Source of the DNA: Bispira polyomma
Taxonomy: Eukaryota
DNA: 64,000 nucleotides
NCBI GenBank assembly: GCA_965649765.1
Contig: OZ287748.1
Coordinates: forward strand, 13,640,001 to 13,704,000
Direction: 5' to 3'
Position 1 is the stretch's first letter, and each line of letters begins with the position of its first letter. The position numbers and the translations under genes are program-made. The notes under the pieces are model-generated. The model did no database searches. It was not told the origin of the DNA and saw nothing but the letters and a program-made list of their open reading frames with translations. This document shows positions 63,546 through 64,000 of the stretch, piece by piece.

Positions 63546-64000
63546 CCCCCGCCCCCCCTACAGTTTCTAAAATTTAAACTTTGACAATTCCCTGACAACC
63601 CTGTCCGGTCTAGTATCTGTGCTGTATGAGTGATTTATGATTTACTAAGCTGCCTGGCAATTTGTTGAATCAAAGACAATTTACAGAAAGAAAAAAAAAT
63701 TGTGAAATGAAAGGCTGATAAAGCTTTAAAGTGAGAAGAAGATAAGGTGAAATAAAAAGCTGAAAAAGTTGTAAAGTAATAAAAAAAAAACCATGTTTAT
63801 GTCAAATGCTGCAAACGATCTGTTGGCATTCCAAACCTAGGATGTTTCTGGAAAGAGTATTGGATGCATTGCATTGCATTAATTGTGCATGCAATGCTAT
63901 TGGACTCTCGTACAATTCTTTTGAATTTGTAATACATGAGACCACCATGACTTTATTCAGATCAGATATCACAATTAGTAATTTCACAGTCATTTAAAAT

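Noticed and set aside
63802-63997. Short ORFs as an upstream sim exon
   Set aside because: No resemblance to the expected PAS-A sequence (ELTGNSI.EYIH)

Overview
Repeat-rich animal (invertebrate, probably lophotrochozoan) genomic DNA with two spliced minus-strand genes. (1) The 3' part of single-minded (sim; bHLH-PAS): five exons, 61185->52304, covering the end of PAS-A, PAS-B/PAC and a ~425-aa C-terminal exon; the 5' exons lie beyond the right edge. (2) A mosaic lectin-like gene reconstructed by hand from 15 phase-compatible exons, 43607->8802: F5/8C discoidin, three C-type lectin domains, a linker, PAN/apple and the start of a LamG-like domain; it runs off the left edge. The introns hold degenerate mobile elements: a DIRS1-type element (gag, RT/RNase H, methyltransferase-like, tyrosine recombinase), two Ngaro/DIRS-like elements, L2/CR1 and L1/Tx1 LINEs, a Penelope GIY-YIG remnant, several tRNA-derived SINE families and many MITEs/foldbacks. 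Most striking: a 49-bp minisatellite in the last sim intron built from the exon 3' end plus its 5' splice site (28 extra copies, 25 with an intact AG|GT); an 84-bp duplication around a LINE insertion that copies a lectin-exon acceptor; a piggyBac-like MITE whose internal 42-bp segment expanded ~25-fold; and a signal-peptide plus 2A-like motif at the start of an L2 ORF. All calls come from manual reading and translation; no database search was run.
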